Shown: piece after piece, positions 1 through 8,687 of the stretch
How positions within the stretch are numbered: position 1 is the first letter of the stretch
Layout of the letters: every line of letters begins with the position of its first letter
Assembly (NCBI GenBank): GCA_018699495.1
Contig: JABIQV010000137.1
Coordinates: 6,880 to 70,879, forward strand
Reading direction: 5' to 3'
Source of the DNA: a bacterium
GTDB taxonomy: Bacteria > Margulisbacteria > Marinamargulisbacteria > JABIPA01
Length of the DNA: 64,000 bases
Position numbers and translations under genes: made by a program
Notes under the pieces: model-generated
What the model saw: only the letters and a program-made list of their open reading frames with translations
Told to the model about the DNA's origin: nothing
The model's database searches: none

Positions 1-2
1 AG

Positions 3-383
3 GTGGTTGTTGATATGCAATCGAAGTTAGTTAAGCAAGAGCCGGAAGACTGGAAGCATCATTTTAAATTGGCATTTGGACAATTTTTTAAAGGGGACAA
101 GGAAATTGCTCAAAAAAGCTTTCTAAAGGTCTTGGAATTGGACCCGAAAAATGTGTGGGCGATGGGATATTATGCGTTGTTAGAGGGGGAAAAGGGAGAG
201 AATAGTTCGGCCATTACATGGTGCAAGAAAGCCTTAGAAATAGAACCAAACGCGACAGGTATACATTTTTTAAAAGCAGAGGGACATAGACGACAAGGCG
301 ATTTCATGAAGGCGATTGGGCATATGATGATTGTTGGTCGATTAACTACCGAGGAAAATATTGAGCTTCCGAAAGAACTTTAG
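3..383 (+). CDS. TPR-repeat protein, C-terminal part; ORF likely continues upstream of the window
   Basis: ORF-track protein has TPR-like repeated helical motifs (LKVLELDPKNVWAMGYYALL..., ALEIEPNATGIHFLKAEGHRRQGDFMKA). The open frame runs to the window edge. Confidence 0.4.
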   Translation: MVVDMQSKLVKQEPEDWKHHFKLAFGQFFKGDKEIAQKSFLKVLELDPKNVWAMGYYALLEGEKGENSSAITWCKKALEIEPNATGIHFLKAEGHRRQGDFMKAIGHMMIVGRLTTEENIELPKEL

Positions 384-957
384 ATGGATTAGACAAAGAA
401 AACAATTTTCTGTAGGTCTTTTTACTGGAGTGGCATTTATTGCCTTTGTCTATCTGTTTTTCTCGTCTCCTGAAGTTACAGATCTTCCGGGAAAAAAGGG
501 AGGGCTTCCCGACTTTAGATTTGAAGATATCATTATTTCAGAATTCGATTCGGGAAAGGCTGTCTGGGAGATTAACGCGACTCATGCACATCTATACAGA
601 GATAGTGAAACGTCTTTTTTAAGAGGTGTTGAAGGGACAGTATATAGTGATGAGAAGGAACTTGTTGTTTTCAAGGCGCCCAGTGCGGAACTTAACCTTA
701 ATAAGTCTATTTTAAAATTATTAAATGTGGTTGCCAGTATAAATTTTGATACGTTAACAACGATTATAAGAGCAGACGAATTAGTTTGGGATGGGGCTAA
801 GCAGTCCTTTGAAGGGAGCGGGCAAGTTCAGATCGAATCAGAGTTAGGTGTGATGAAAGGGGATTATTTTTTGGTTTCTATTCCGTTTAGAAAAATTCGG
901 ATCGAATCGAATTCTAAAGCGCATTTCAATTATAGTAAGACTCGTCCAGCAAATTAG
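361..957 (+). CDS. N-terminally anchored periplasmic protein, possibly LptC-like (LPS export)
   Basis: Single N-terminal TM (FSVGLFTGVAFIAFVYLFF) followed by a beta-rich domain whose layout resembles LptC/OstA-like beta-jellyroll proteins. The TTG start is uncertain. Confidence 0.35.
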   Translation: MSFRKNFRWIRQRKQFSVGLFTGVAFIAFVYLFFSSPEVTDLPGKKGGLPDFRFEDIIISEFDSGKAVWEINATHAHLYRDSETSFLRGVEGTVYSDEKELVVFKAPSAELNLNKSILKLLNVVASINFDTLTTIIRADELVWDGAKQSFEGSGQVQIESELGVMKGDYFLVSIPFRKIRIESNSKAHFNYSKTRPAN

Positions 958-1016
958 ATTATAGAGCGTTGATTTAATATAGTTGGAAAACTCGCCAAAT
1001 AATCTTATACTGCAGC

Positions 1017-1745
1017 ATGCGACAAAGCCCTTTACTTTCTTTTCTCTCTAATAATTCTTCTTATTCAAGGCGAGACTTATTTGCTTTTTTAAAAGATAAG
1101 CAAGTGAAAGTAAACCAAGTTGTGGTCACTGACGGATCCATGCCTATAATACCCAACCAAGATGTTGTGAAAGTTGGACGTCAGATAATTAAGAATCATA
1201 AAAAAGTATACTTCAAATTTAACAAGCCGGTAGGGGTTGTTAATTCCTTAAATGATCCGAAACATAGAAAAGATTTGAAAAGCTACATAAAGAAATGCAA
1301 GGAGCCCGTATTCCCAGTAGGACGATTGGATATGGACTCTGAGGGACTTCTTTTATTCACAAATAATGGAGAATTAGCGAACCAAATTATGCACCCAAAA
1401 TTTGAAATTGAGAAAAAGTATGTAGTTGTTGTTAAAAAAGACGACGAAAAGAATACGCTGAAGTTTAAATCAGAATTATTACCGCGATTAGAAAAAGGGC
1501 TTTTCTTAGATGATGGTCCGATAGCGTTTAAATCGGCACTCTTCTTAAAGAAGGACACTGTTGAAGTTGTTCTTACTGAAGGGCGAAATCGGATAATACG
1601 ACGAGTGTTTCAACATTTTGGTTACGAAGTGGTTTCGTTGAAACGCATTGAAATTGGAAGCGTTAAATTGAATCAGTTGAAAGCTGGTCAAATGACAGAA
1701 CTTTCGTTACACGAATTGAAGAGTCTTCAAAGTTTGATGACGTAA
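1017..1745 (+). CDS. rRNA pseudouridine synthase, RsuA/RluB family (S4 domain plus PseudoU_synth_2)
   Basis: Catalytic motif VGRLDMDSEGLLLFTNNGELANQIMHP with the conserved Asp of RsuA/RluB/RluE. N-terminal S4-like RNA-binding region. Confidence 0.8.
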   Translation: MRQSPLLSFLSNNSSYSRRDLFAFLKDKQVKVNQVVVTDGSMPIIPNQDVVKVGRQIIKNHKKVYFKFNKPVGVVNSLNDPKHRKDLKSYIKKCKEPVFPVGRLDMDSEGLLLFTNNGELANQIMHPKFEIEKKYVVVVKKDDEKNTLKFKSELLPRLEKGLFLDDGPIAFKSALFLKKDTVEVVLTEGRNRIIRRVFQHFGYEVVSLKRIEIGSVKLNQLKAGQMTELSLHELKSLQSLMT

Positions 1746-1757
1746 GGTCAAAAAATA

Positions 1758-1786
1758 TTGACATGGTATGAGTCTTTTCTTATAGT
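1758..1786 (+). promoter_or_regulatory. sigma70-type promoter TTGACA-17nt-TATAGT reading into tRNA-Met
   Basis: Seen directly: ttgaca (1758-1763), 17-nt spacer, tatagt (1781-1786), about 65 nt upstream of the tRNA 5' end. Confidence 0.5.
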
Positions 1787-1852
1787 TTGTAGTCCAGAAT
1801 AAGTTTGGGAAAGATGATTTATGTAATAATCAGTTTTTCTTAGTTCCTTTTT

Positions 1853-1929
1853 GGCGGCGTAGCTCAGTTGGTTAGAGCACACGGCTCATACCCGTGTTGT
1901 CACTGGTTCGAATCCAGTCGCCGCTACCA
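1853..1929 (+). tRNA. tRNA with CAU anticodon (elongator tRNA-Met, or tRNA-Ile2 if lysidine-modified), CCA encoded
   Basis: GGCGGCGTAGCTCAGTTGGTTAGAGCACACGGCTCATACCCGTG...TTCGAATCC...CGCCGCTACCA. Cloverleaf has a 7-bp acceptor with G1-U72, D-loop AGTTGGTTAGAGC, anticodon loop CTCATAC and T-loop GGTTCGAATCC. Confidence 0.9.
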
Positions 1930-2145
1930 TTTTTCATCTTCACAATTTTAGCTTCGGTCGATATCGGGCCCTCCGGGCGCCCCGACGATAACTCCCTGCT
2001 CTAGAAATTGCGAATATGAAAAATGGATGAGTTAACTTTAACTTTAGACTATTGTCGTGCTAGAAAAGGGCGTTCCTATTTCATGGAACGGACGGACGAA
2101 GGGTTTTTTTGTGGTGGGTAGTTTGGGTGTCGTTTTTTTTTCATT
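1930..2145 (+). ncRNA. Candidate tRNA trailer / small structured RNA: GC-rich palindromic core followed by T-runs
   Basis: Unusually GC-rich segment cggtcgatatcgggccctccgggcgccccgacg (contains perfect palindromes GGGCCC and GGGCGCCC) in an otherwise AT-rich genome. Downstream hairpin cgttcc..ggaacg and T-runs lie at 2104-2110 and 2133-2141. No ORF. Confidence 0.25.
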
Positions 2146-2194
2146 CCCTTTTTTTTAGATGGATGTTTTTCATATGATAAAATAAAATGAAACT

Positions 2195-2971
2195 ATGTAT
2201 TTGATAACTTTAAAGACGATTATTTCAATCGTAGCCATTTATGGTCTCATTTTTATTTCAGAACGAAATCCAAAATTGGGCGGGTTGCTTGCTGGTTTGC
2301 CATTGGGTGTAGGCATAATGATTTTCTTCTATGGAATTGAACAAGGAATCGATTTTGTTATTCTGGGAATACCGTATGGGGTGTCTGGACTTGTCAGTAT
2401 GTTGGCTTTTACTATTGGATTTTATTGGGGTGGGAAACGATTTCTCGATCGACCATTGTTGCATGTGGCAAGCGCAACTTTATTCGGATTGATTGCTTTT
2501 TTTTGTGTCAGTTATGGAATCTCTCTTGTCGAGGTAACCTTAATATCTAGCTTAGTTATATTTTTAGGAGGATTTATGTTTTCCGTTTTATTTTTCAAAT
2601 ACATCCCTATAGATACAAATTCTATAGCCAGTCCTAAAAAAATGACACTTTTAACTGGGGTTTTTCGAGTTGTATTTGTTGTAGCGTTCGTCTTGTTTTT
2701 TACAGGGATAGCAAGTTTGATAGGGTCTAAATGGGCTGGGATTATGGCTTCTTTTCCAATTACCCTTTGCCCATTGCTCATTATATTAGCTTATTCATAC
2801 AAAGATGAAGTATATCCAGTTGTGCTAAAAAACTTCTCATACAGCATTGCAACATTGGTTGTTTTTTATTTGTTTGTATTTGGTTTGTTTCCAATTATTG
2901 GTGTTTATTTGGGAACACTTATTTCATATCTTATTTGTTTGATTTATGTATTTTTCTTGAAGAAAATATAG
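2195..2971 (+). CDS. polytopic inner-membrane protein with an internal two-fold repeat (uncharacterised)
   Basis: About 8 predicted TM helices. The N and C halves share the pattern K(L/W)(G/A)G(L/I)(L/M)A(G/S)(L/F)P. No recognisable catalytic motif. Confidence 0.5.
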   Translation: MYLITLKTIISIVAIYGLIFISERNPKLGGLLAGLPLGVGIMIFFYGIEQGIDFVILGIPYGVSGLVSMLAFTIGFYWGGKRFLDRPLLHVASATLFGLIAFFCVSYGISLVEVTLISSLVIFLGGFMFSVLFFKYIPIDTNSIASPKKMTLLTGVFRVVFVVAFVLFFTGIASLIGSKWAGIMASFPITLCPLLIILAYSYKDEVYPVVLKNFSYSIATLVVFYLFVFGLFPIIGVYLGTLISYLICLIYVFFLKKI

Positions 2972-3157
2972 ATAATAAATTATCGATAGGTAATTTGGTG
3001 ATGGGAAAATATATCCAGTTGGGATCTCTTTATCAGATTTTTATGTTTCTCGAGAAACGATATTTTCTTGGATTCATTTTGTCGGGAGAGCTAATAAACT
3101 TTATCTTTAAAAAAAAGAAAATTTTTAAATTGTAGACTTAGGGACATTTCAAAAACC

Positions 3158-5935
3158 GTGGTGTATACTATTTTTATGAAAATAAAATTTGGGTTCCCAA
3201 TAATTGCGCTCGCTCTTGTAACTATTTTATCTTATCTGATTCTTCAGTTTTATCCCGATATCCTTTGGTTTGATTCGTTCGGCTATCAGCACGTATGGTG
3301 GGATGTATTTAAGATAAAATCGGTCGTGTTTCTGTCCGTTTTTCTGACCTCATTTATATTTTTATATATTAATTTAGGTATTGCAAAAAAGGTCTCTTCC
3401 GAAAAAAAGTCGGATTCATCTGGGCCAGCAACAAATAAAAATTTCGACATGTTATTAAAGATTTTTCCAGCTTTAGAGTCCTATAAGTTTTTAATAGACC
3501 TTCCAAAAAAATTAAATAATTTGTTTTTATTAGTAGGATCGTTGGTCATGTCGTTTTTCTTTGCTATTTCTTCGATACCAGATTGGGTGGAAGTCGCGTC
3601 GTTTTTTAATAAAGTCTCTTTTAATATTTTAGATCCAATTTTAAACACGGACGTAGGGTTTTATGTGTTTTCACTCCCATTTTTTCAACTGCTCTATCAG
3701 TGGGCAATCTCCGCCGTCGTGTTGGCCCTTATATTAAGTGTTTGGATTTATTTCAGCAGTAGCGTGGTACAACATCTGTTTAAAAAAGAATCTCCATCTT
3801 CAGGTGCAAAAATTCATATTTTTATTTTATTAAGTTTAATAGCATTTTTGTTTGGGTTTAAAACGTGGCTTTCAATTTTTCAGTTAACGTTATCTGATGG
3901 GGGCGTCGTTTTTGGAGGAGGGTTTGCAGACGTAAATGTTTACTTAGTTGGAATCCGATTATTTATGTTCGGTTTACTAGGATTTGGACTTGTATTATTA
4001 GTCAGCGGGTTTAAAAAAGGACTGCGAATCCCTTTAACTTATTTTGTTGGATTATTAATAGTTGGAGTGGGGGTTAAAATTGTACCGGGAGTTGTTCAGA
4101 ATTTATCAGTAGATCCAAATGAAATGGAGAAGGAAGTTCCTTATATTGCTCACAATATTGAGTTTACTAGGAAAGCATATGGGTTGGAGAAAATTAACGA
4201 ACAAGATTTTTCAGTTACTTACAATTTGACGGCCGAAGATATGAAAGCGAATAAGAACACGATAAAAAATATTCGCCTTTGGAATTTAGATCCTATCAAG
4301 CAAACCTTTCGTCAATTGCAAGAAATTAGGCCTTATTACGAGTTTCTAAATGTTGATGTAGATAGATATAAAATCAATGGAGAATTAAGACAAGTTATGT
4401 TGTCTGCAAGAGAAATGAACACATCTGAGTTGTCTGAGAAGGCTCAGTCATGGGTGAATAAACATTTATTTTATACACATGGGTATGGGGCCGTAATGGC
4501 GCCAGTCGACGAGAAAACGTTAGAAGGTTTACCGAAGTTTACCATTAAAAACATTCCCCCTGAATCAAGTGGGACAGTAGATATCTCGAGACCAGGAATC
4601 TATTTTGGAGAGAGAAAAAATCCATATAGTATTGTTAATACGACGCATGAAGAGTTTGATTTTCCGGTTATGGGCGACGATTCTTACGAGAAAACAGTCT
4701 ATAAAGGACTGGGGGGTGTAAAACTTTCGTCATGGGTGCGACGGTTACTTTATGCATATAGATTTTCAGATATAAATATTTTTATTTCCCCATTAATAAC
4801 GTCTGAATCTAGAGTAATTTACGATCGTCATATTGGGTTGATTTCTAAAAAAATTGCTCCCTTTTTAGCTTATGATTCGGACCCTTATTTGGTCATTGAT
4901 GACAAAGGCCATATGGTGTGGCTACAGGATGCATATGTCTTGTCCAAAAATTATCCGTATTCGGAACCTTTTGATGGCAGGTTTAATTACATAAGAAATT
5001 CGGTGAAAATTACGATTGATGCGTATAGCGGCGATATAAATTATTACATTGCAGACCAGGAAGATCCTATCGTAAAAGTATTCAATAACATTCTACCTGA
5101 CTTATTTAAGCCAATTGGTCAGATGCCTATGGATTTGAAGAAACATATTCGATATCCAAAGTCTCTTTTTGTTGTGCAGTCTCAAATTTATAAGACGTAT
5201 CATATGACCAACCCAAAAGTCTTTTACAATCGAGAAGATGTTTGGAATATTCCATTTGAACAAGATGGAACGACAAAAAAGGTTAGAGAACCTTATTACA
5301 TGATATTGAAGTTGCCCGGAGAAGAAACAGAATCGTTTATTTCGATGATTCCATATACACCGGCAAACAAAAATAATATGGTTGCATGGTTAGGTGTCAC
5401 CTGTGATCAGTCGAATTATGGTCAACTTAATGTTTATAAATTTCCAAAAAATCGGACGATATTTGGGCCCACTCAAATAGAATCTCGTATTGATCAAAAT
5501 ACGGAAATTTCTCAGAAATTGACCCTTTGGGACCAATCTGGTTCGGGCGTTCTTCGTGGAAATATAATGATCATTCCAATCGAAAATTCGTTGATTTATG
5601 TAGAGCCAATTTATTTGCAGGCGACCCAAAGTAAATTGCCGGAACTAAAACGTATTATATTAGGGTATGACAACACAATTTCTATGGGAAGTACGTTGGA
5701 GGAGGTAATAGAAAAAACGTTTCCATCCAAGGAAAAAAAACAAGACAATATAATTCGGACACAGGTATCTGTAATCTCTGAAACAGATGAAGATAGTAGT
5801 GGAAACTCTATTAAACGAGTGATCGGCGAGTTGCGCAATAATATTAATCAGTTAAAGCAAAATATTTCAGAAATAACGAAGCAACTTGATTCTGCCTTAA
5901 ACTCTGTTATAAAATACGCCGAAAATACAGAGTGA
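3158..5935 (+). CDS. UPF0182 family membrane protein
   Basis: 925 aa with an N-terminal multi-TM domain, then a large soluble region (YTHGYGAVMAPVDE, WLQDAYVLSKNYPYSEPF). Size and architecture match the UPF0182 family found in actinobacteria and Leptospira. Confidence 0.65.
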   Translation: MVYTIFMKIKFGFPIIALALVTILSYLILQFYPDILWFDSFGYQHVWWDVFKIKSVVFLSVFLTSFIFLYINLGIAKKVSSEKKSDSSGPATNKNFDMLLKIFPALESYKFLIDLPKKLNNLFLLVGSLVMSFFFAISSIPDWVEVASFFNKVSFNILDPILNTDVGFYVFSLPFFQLLYQWAISAVVLALILSVWIYFSSSVVQHLFKKESPSSGAKIHIFILLSLIAFLFGFKTWLSIFQLTLSDGGVVFGGGFADVNVYLVGIRLFMFGLLGFGLVLLVSGFKKGLRIPLTYFVGLLIVGVGVKIVPGVVQNLSVDPNEMEKEVPYIAHNIEFTRKAYGLEKINEQDFSVTYNLTAEDMKANKNTIKNIRLWNLDPIKQTFRQLQEIRPYYEFLNVDVDRYKINGELRQVMLSAREMNTSELSEKAQSWVNKHLFYTHGYGAVMAPVDEKTLEGLPKFTIKNIPPESSGTVDISRPGIYFGERKNPYSIVNTTHEEFDFPVMGDDSYEKTVYKGLGGVKLSSWVRRLLYAYRFSDINIFISPLITSESRVIYDRHIGLISKKIAPFLAYDSDPYLVIDDKGHMVWLQDAYVLSKNYPYSEPFDGRFNYIRNSVKITIDAYSGDINYYIADQEDPIVKVFNNILPDLFKPIGQMPMDLKKHIRYPKSLFVVQSQIYKTYHMTNPKVFYNREDVWNIPFEQDGTTKKVREPYYMILKLPGEETESFISMIPYTPANKNNMVAWLGVTCDQSNYGQLNVYKFPKNRTIFGPTQIESRIDQNTEISQKLTLWDQSGSGVLRGNIMIIPIENSLIYVEPIYLQATQSKLPELKRIILGYDNTISMGSTLEEVIEKTFPSKEKKQDNIIRTQVSVISETDEDSSGNSIKRVIGELRNNINQLKQNISEITKQLDSALNSVIKYAENTE

Positions 5936-5942
5936 GGTAAGA

Positions 5943-6209
5943 ATGCCAACATACGAATATAAATGCAAATCATGCACACATACCTTTGATACGATTCAGT
6001 CCATGAAAGATGACACGTTAACCGTTTGTCCGGAATGCAATGGAGAAATATTTAGAGTTATCGGTAAAAATATAGGGATATCATTTAGTGGTCCAGGGTT
6101 CTACGTTACAGATTCCAAGAAGTCTGAAAAGACGGAGTCTGTAAAAAAAGAAAGTAGTAAAAAAAAGGATAATCGGTCTTCAGAGTTAAAAAAACAGAAG
6201 GCTTGTTAA
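5943..6209 (+). CDS. FmdB-family zinc-ribbon protein
   Basis: MPTYEYKCKSCTHTFDT...CPECNG has the CxxC...CxxC zinc ribbon with the characteristic MPxYEYxC N-terminus. Lys/Ser-rich tail. Starts 7 nt after UPF0182. Confidence 0.75.
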   Translation: MPTYEYKCKSCTHTFDTIQSMKDDTLTVCPECNGEIFRVIGKNIGISFSGPGFYVTDSKKSEKTESVKKESSKKKDNRSSELKKQKAC

Positions 6210-6466
6210 TTTAGGCTGAGATTTATTTTTAGAGTTACGGAATAGAATTCTAAAACGAGTGTATAGGCATTGCTTCGCCTAAATTCTTTGAGGGTATCCT
6301 TTACAGGCAACTTATTTAGCTCGTTTGGGTTGGGCAATGGTGATTCCTTCATTAATATCTCCTTGGTACTTAATTGGTTCCCAAAATTGGAGGTTTTCAA
6401 ACATTCAATTTTTTAAATATTAAATGAAATCATACAAAATGAACCGGTAATATCTTATTTTTTAGA

Positions 6467-6826
6467 TTGTTACAGTCTCTCAATAAACAGTGCTTGTCTG
6501 AAGGGAAAAATAACCTTTATAATGGGTATAGAATTCCGTATTCGTTTATGATTAAAAAAATAATATTTGTAGAACCAACCAGTTTGGGAAAATGTTTAGC
6601 AATTTTAGTGTCATTTTTGACCTTTCTTATATTAGGGCCATTGATGGTACAGGCTGTTATAAATGGAAAATTTGATTTTAGAGCAGGCATGATTTATTTG
6701 ATATTTTTATTGATTCAACCGTTTCTAGGCTTTTTCTTAGGGACTTTGATAGGGTACGTTTATAATTATTCGGCCAAAAAATTTGGAGGAATAGAAATTA
6801 TTTTTGAAGAAATGAGCACAGAATGA
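6467..6826 (+). CDS. small two-TM membrane protein heading the beta-oxidation operon (probable true start ATG about 6548)
   Basis: Hydrophobic segments LAILVSFLTFLILGPLMV and LIFLLIQPFLGFFLGTLIGYV. Stop overlaps the start of the acyl-CoA ligase (ATGA-type coupling). Confidence 0.4.
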   Translation: MLQSLNKQCLSEGKNNLYNGYRIPYSFMIKKIIFVEPTSLGKCLAILVSFLTFLILGPLMVQAVINGKFDFRAGMIYLIFLLIQPFLGFFLGTLIGYVYNYSAKKFGGIEIIFEEMSTE

Positions 6827-8625
6827 CACCTTTTAACCATTTGTTAGACATAATGTTTAACAGTTATGACCAACGTAAAGACAAGTCTGTTTTATTTGAA
6901 AAACAGGACGGTGAGTATAAAGGGCTTACGTCTTCAGCTTTAATGTCTAAAATAGCAATCCTATCGAGCTGGCTTGTTAGTCAGGGTATTTCAAAAGGCA
7001 CACGATGTGCTATTTTGTCTCAAAATCGCCCGGAGTGGGTTATATCTGATTTTGCGATTTTTGGAGCCTGTTCAATTTGTGTTCCTATTTATCCCACTCT
7101 GTCGTCTTCCGAATCTATCTATATATTAAAACATAGTGAATCAACGGTTCTGTTCGTAGACACAACGGAAAATTTAGAGAAAATTTTGGGAGAATACCAA
7201 TCGTTAGAGTCCTTAAACGTGATCGTATGTTTTGATAAGTATTCACGGCTTAATAAGTCAGGAAATAGTGTAAATAAGTCGTCAATAAGCGTTCTTTTTT
7301 GGGAGTCAATTTTTGAGAACGTCAAACCAAGTGTTGAATCAATAGACACGTTAAAAGGACGAGTAACAAACTTAAATAGAAAAGATGTAGCAAGTATTGT
7401 GTATACCTCTGGCACGACAGGTAGACCTAAAGGCGTTAAATTAACCCATGGAAACTTTTTAGCGAATGTCGAAGATGTAATGGCAGTTATACCGTTGTCT
7501 TCAAGAGAAAAAGTTTTGTCATTTTTGCCGCTATCCCATGTATTTGAGCGAACGGCCGGATATTACACTGTTTTGGCTGCTGGAGGACAAATATATTACG
7601 CAGAAAGTATTGAGTCGGTTGGTGACAATATTAGAGAAGTGAAGCCAACAGTAGTGGTGAGTGTGCCGAGACTTTATGAAAAGATTCAATCAAAAATTTT
7701 AAATGGTCTGTCGGGGTTAAAGGCGCCTATTTTTTATTGGGCTCTAAAAACAGGTCGTGAATGGAATATCGATAAAAAACAAGGTTTAGGTATGAAGTTT
7801 AAACTTAGAATAGCAGAGACGTTAGTTTTTAAAAAAATAAGAAAAGGAACCGGCGGGAATTTGAGGTTTTTTGTTTCAGGAGGAGCTCCACTGGCAAAAG
7901 AGGTTGGGGAGTTTTTTCTTTCACTCGGTATTTTAATTTTGGAAGGGTATGGAATGACTGAAACATCGCCAGTTATTTCATGTAATCGACCGTCAGCGTA
8001 TAAAATGGGATCAATAGGAAAACCGTTGCCGCAGGTACAGGTCAAACTAGCAGACGACGGTGAATTATTGGTAAAAGGACCTAGCGTCATGGACGGGTAC
8101 CTAAACGACGAAGATAAAACGAACGAGGTACTCCAACTTGATGGATGGCTTCATACTGGAGATATCGCTCAAATTGATAAAGATGATTTTATAAAAATTA
8201 TTGATAGGAAAAAGGAACTGATTGTTCTTTCAAATGGAAAAAATATTCCGCCAATGAAAATAGAAAGTGAAGTGGGCTTAAGTAGATATATCACTCAAGT
8301 GATCGTCATTGGAGAGAAGCGACCGTTTTTGGCTGCTTTAATCGTGCCTGATTTCGAAAAGTTGGACGATATATCCAAATTAATAGACGTTCCATTTACG
8401 ACGCGAACTGAATTTTTTGCGGATAAACGAGTTGTCGATTTTTATTACGCATCAATTGAAAAACGTCAGCGTAAATTTTCTCATTTTGAAAAAATTAAGA
8501 AGTTTAAATTATTGACTAGAGAATTTACTCAAGAAGAAGGAGAGCTAACGCCCACATTAAAACTTAAGAGAAAAAAAATAGTTCAAAAATATACAGATGA
8601 TATAAATTTACTCTATTCGTCTTGA
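6823..8625 (+). CDS. long-chain-fatty-acid--CoA ligase (AMP-binding, FadD-like)
   Basis: AMP-binding signature YTSGTTGRPKGV. GYGMTETS and the C-terminal ExxxxTPTxKLKR motif typical of acyl-CoA synthetases. Confidence 0.85.
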   Translation: MTPFNHLLDIMFNSYDQRKDKSVLFEKQDGEYKGLTSSALMSKIAILSSWLVSQGISKGTRCAILSQNRPEWVISDFAIFGACSICVPIYPTLSSSESIYILKHSESTVLFVDTTENLEKILGEYQSLESLNVIVCFDKYSRLNKSGNSVNKSSISVLFWESIFENVKPSVESIDTLKGRVTNLNRKDVASIVYTSGTTGRPKGVKLTHGNFLANVEDVMAVIPLSSREKVLSFLPLSHVFERTAGYYTVLAAGGQIYYAESIESVGDNIREVKPTVVVSVPRLYEKIQSKILNGLSGLKAPIFYWALKTGREWNIDKKQGLGMKFKLRIAETLVFKKIRKGTGGNLRFFVSGGAPLAKEVGEFFLSLGILILEGYGMTETSPVISCNRPSAYKMGSIGKPLPQVQVKLADDGELLVKGPSVMDGYLNDEDKTNEVLQLDGWLHTGDIAQIDKDDFIKIIDRKKELIVLSNGKNIPPMKIESEVGLSRYITQVIVIGEKRPFLAALIVPDFEKLDDISKLIDVPFTTRTEFFADKRVVDFYYASIEKRQRKFSHFEKIKKFKLLTREFTQEEGELTPTLKLKRKKIVQKYTDDINLLYSS

Positions 8626-8687
8626 GCAATGCGAGTAAATCGAGGACTAACTAAGTTGTCGGTTAAAAATAAGTTCGGAGGAAGTAA

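Noticed and set aside
1283-1558. Numerous 60-150 aa ORFs on the strand opposite to large genes (e.g. 1283-1558, 7734-8090, 11161-11583, 45852-46187, 63277-63675)
   Set aside because: They are fully nested antisense to well-supported, motif-bearing genes and have low-complexity translations, so they are typical shadow ORFs.
2071-2110. Canonical rho-independent terminator after the tRNA trailer
   Set aside because: The cgttcc/ggaacg stem is separated from the T-run by about 13 nt, too far for a standard intrinsic terminator, so it is only mentioned within the candidate ncRNA.
1853-2971. Genomic island or prophage integrated at the tRNA-Met 3' end
   Set aside because: No integrase, recombinase, direct repeat of the tRNA 3' end or foreign-looking gene block follows. 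Downstream genes are ordinary membrane and housekeeping genes.
2935-3135. 66-aa ORF between the membrane protein and UPF0182
   Set aside because: Overlaps the 3' end of the upstream gene, has no RBS and is Phe/Lys/Ile-rich as expected from AT-rich non-coding DNA.
6208-6285. 9-bp inverted repeat (aatttaggc / gcctaaatt) 60 nt apart after the FmdB gene
   Set aside because: Short arms, large spacer and AT-rich. Consistent with chance in a 37% GC genome, so not reported as a feature.
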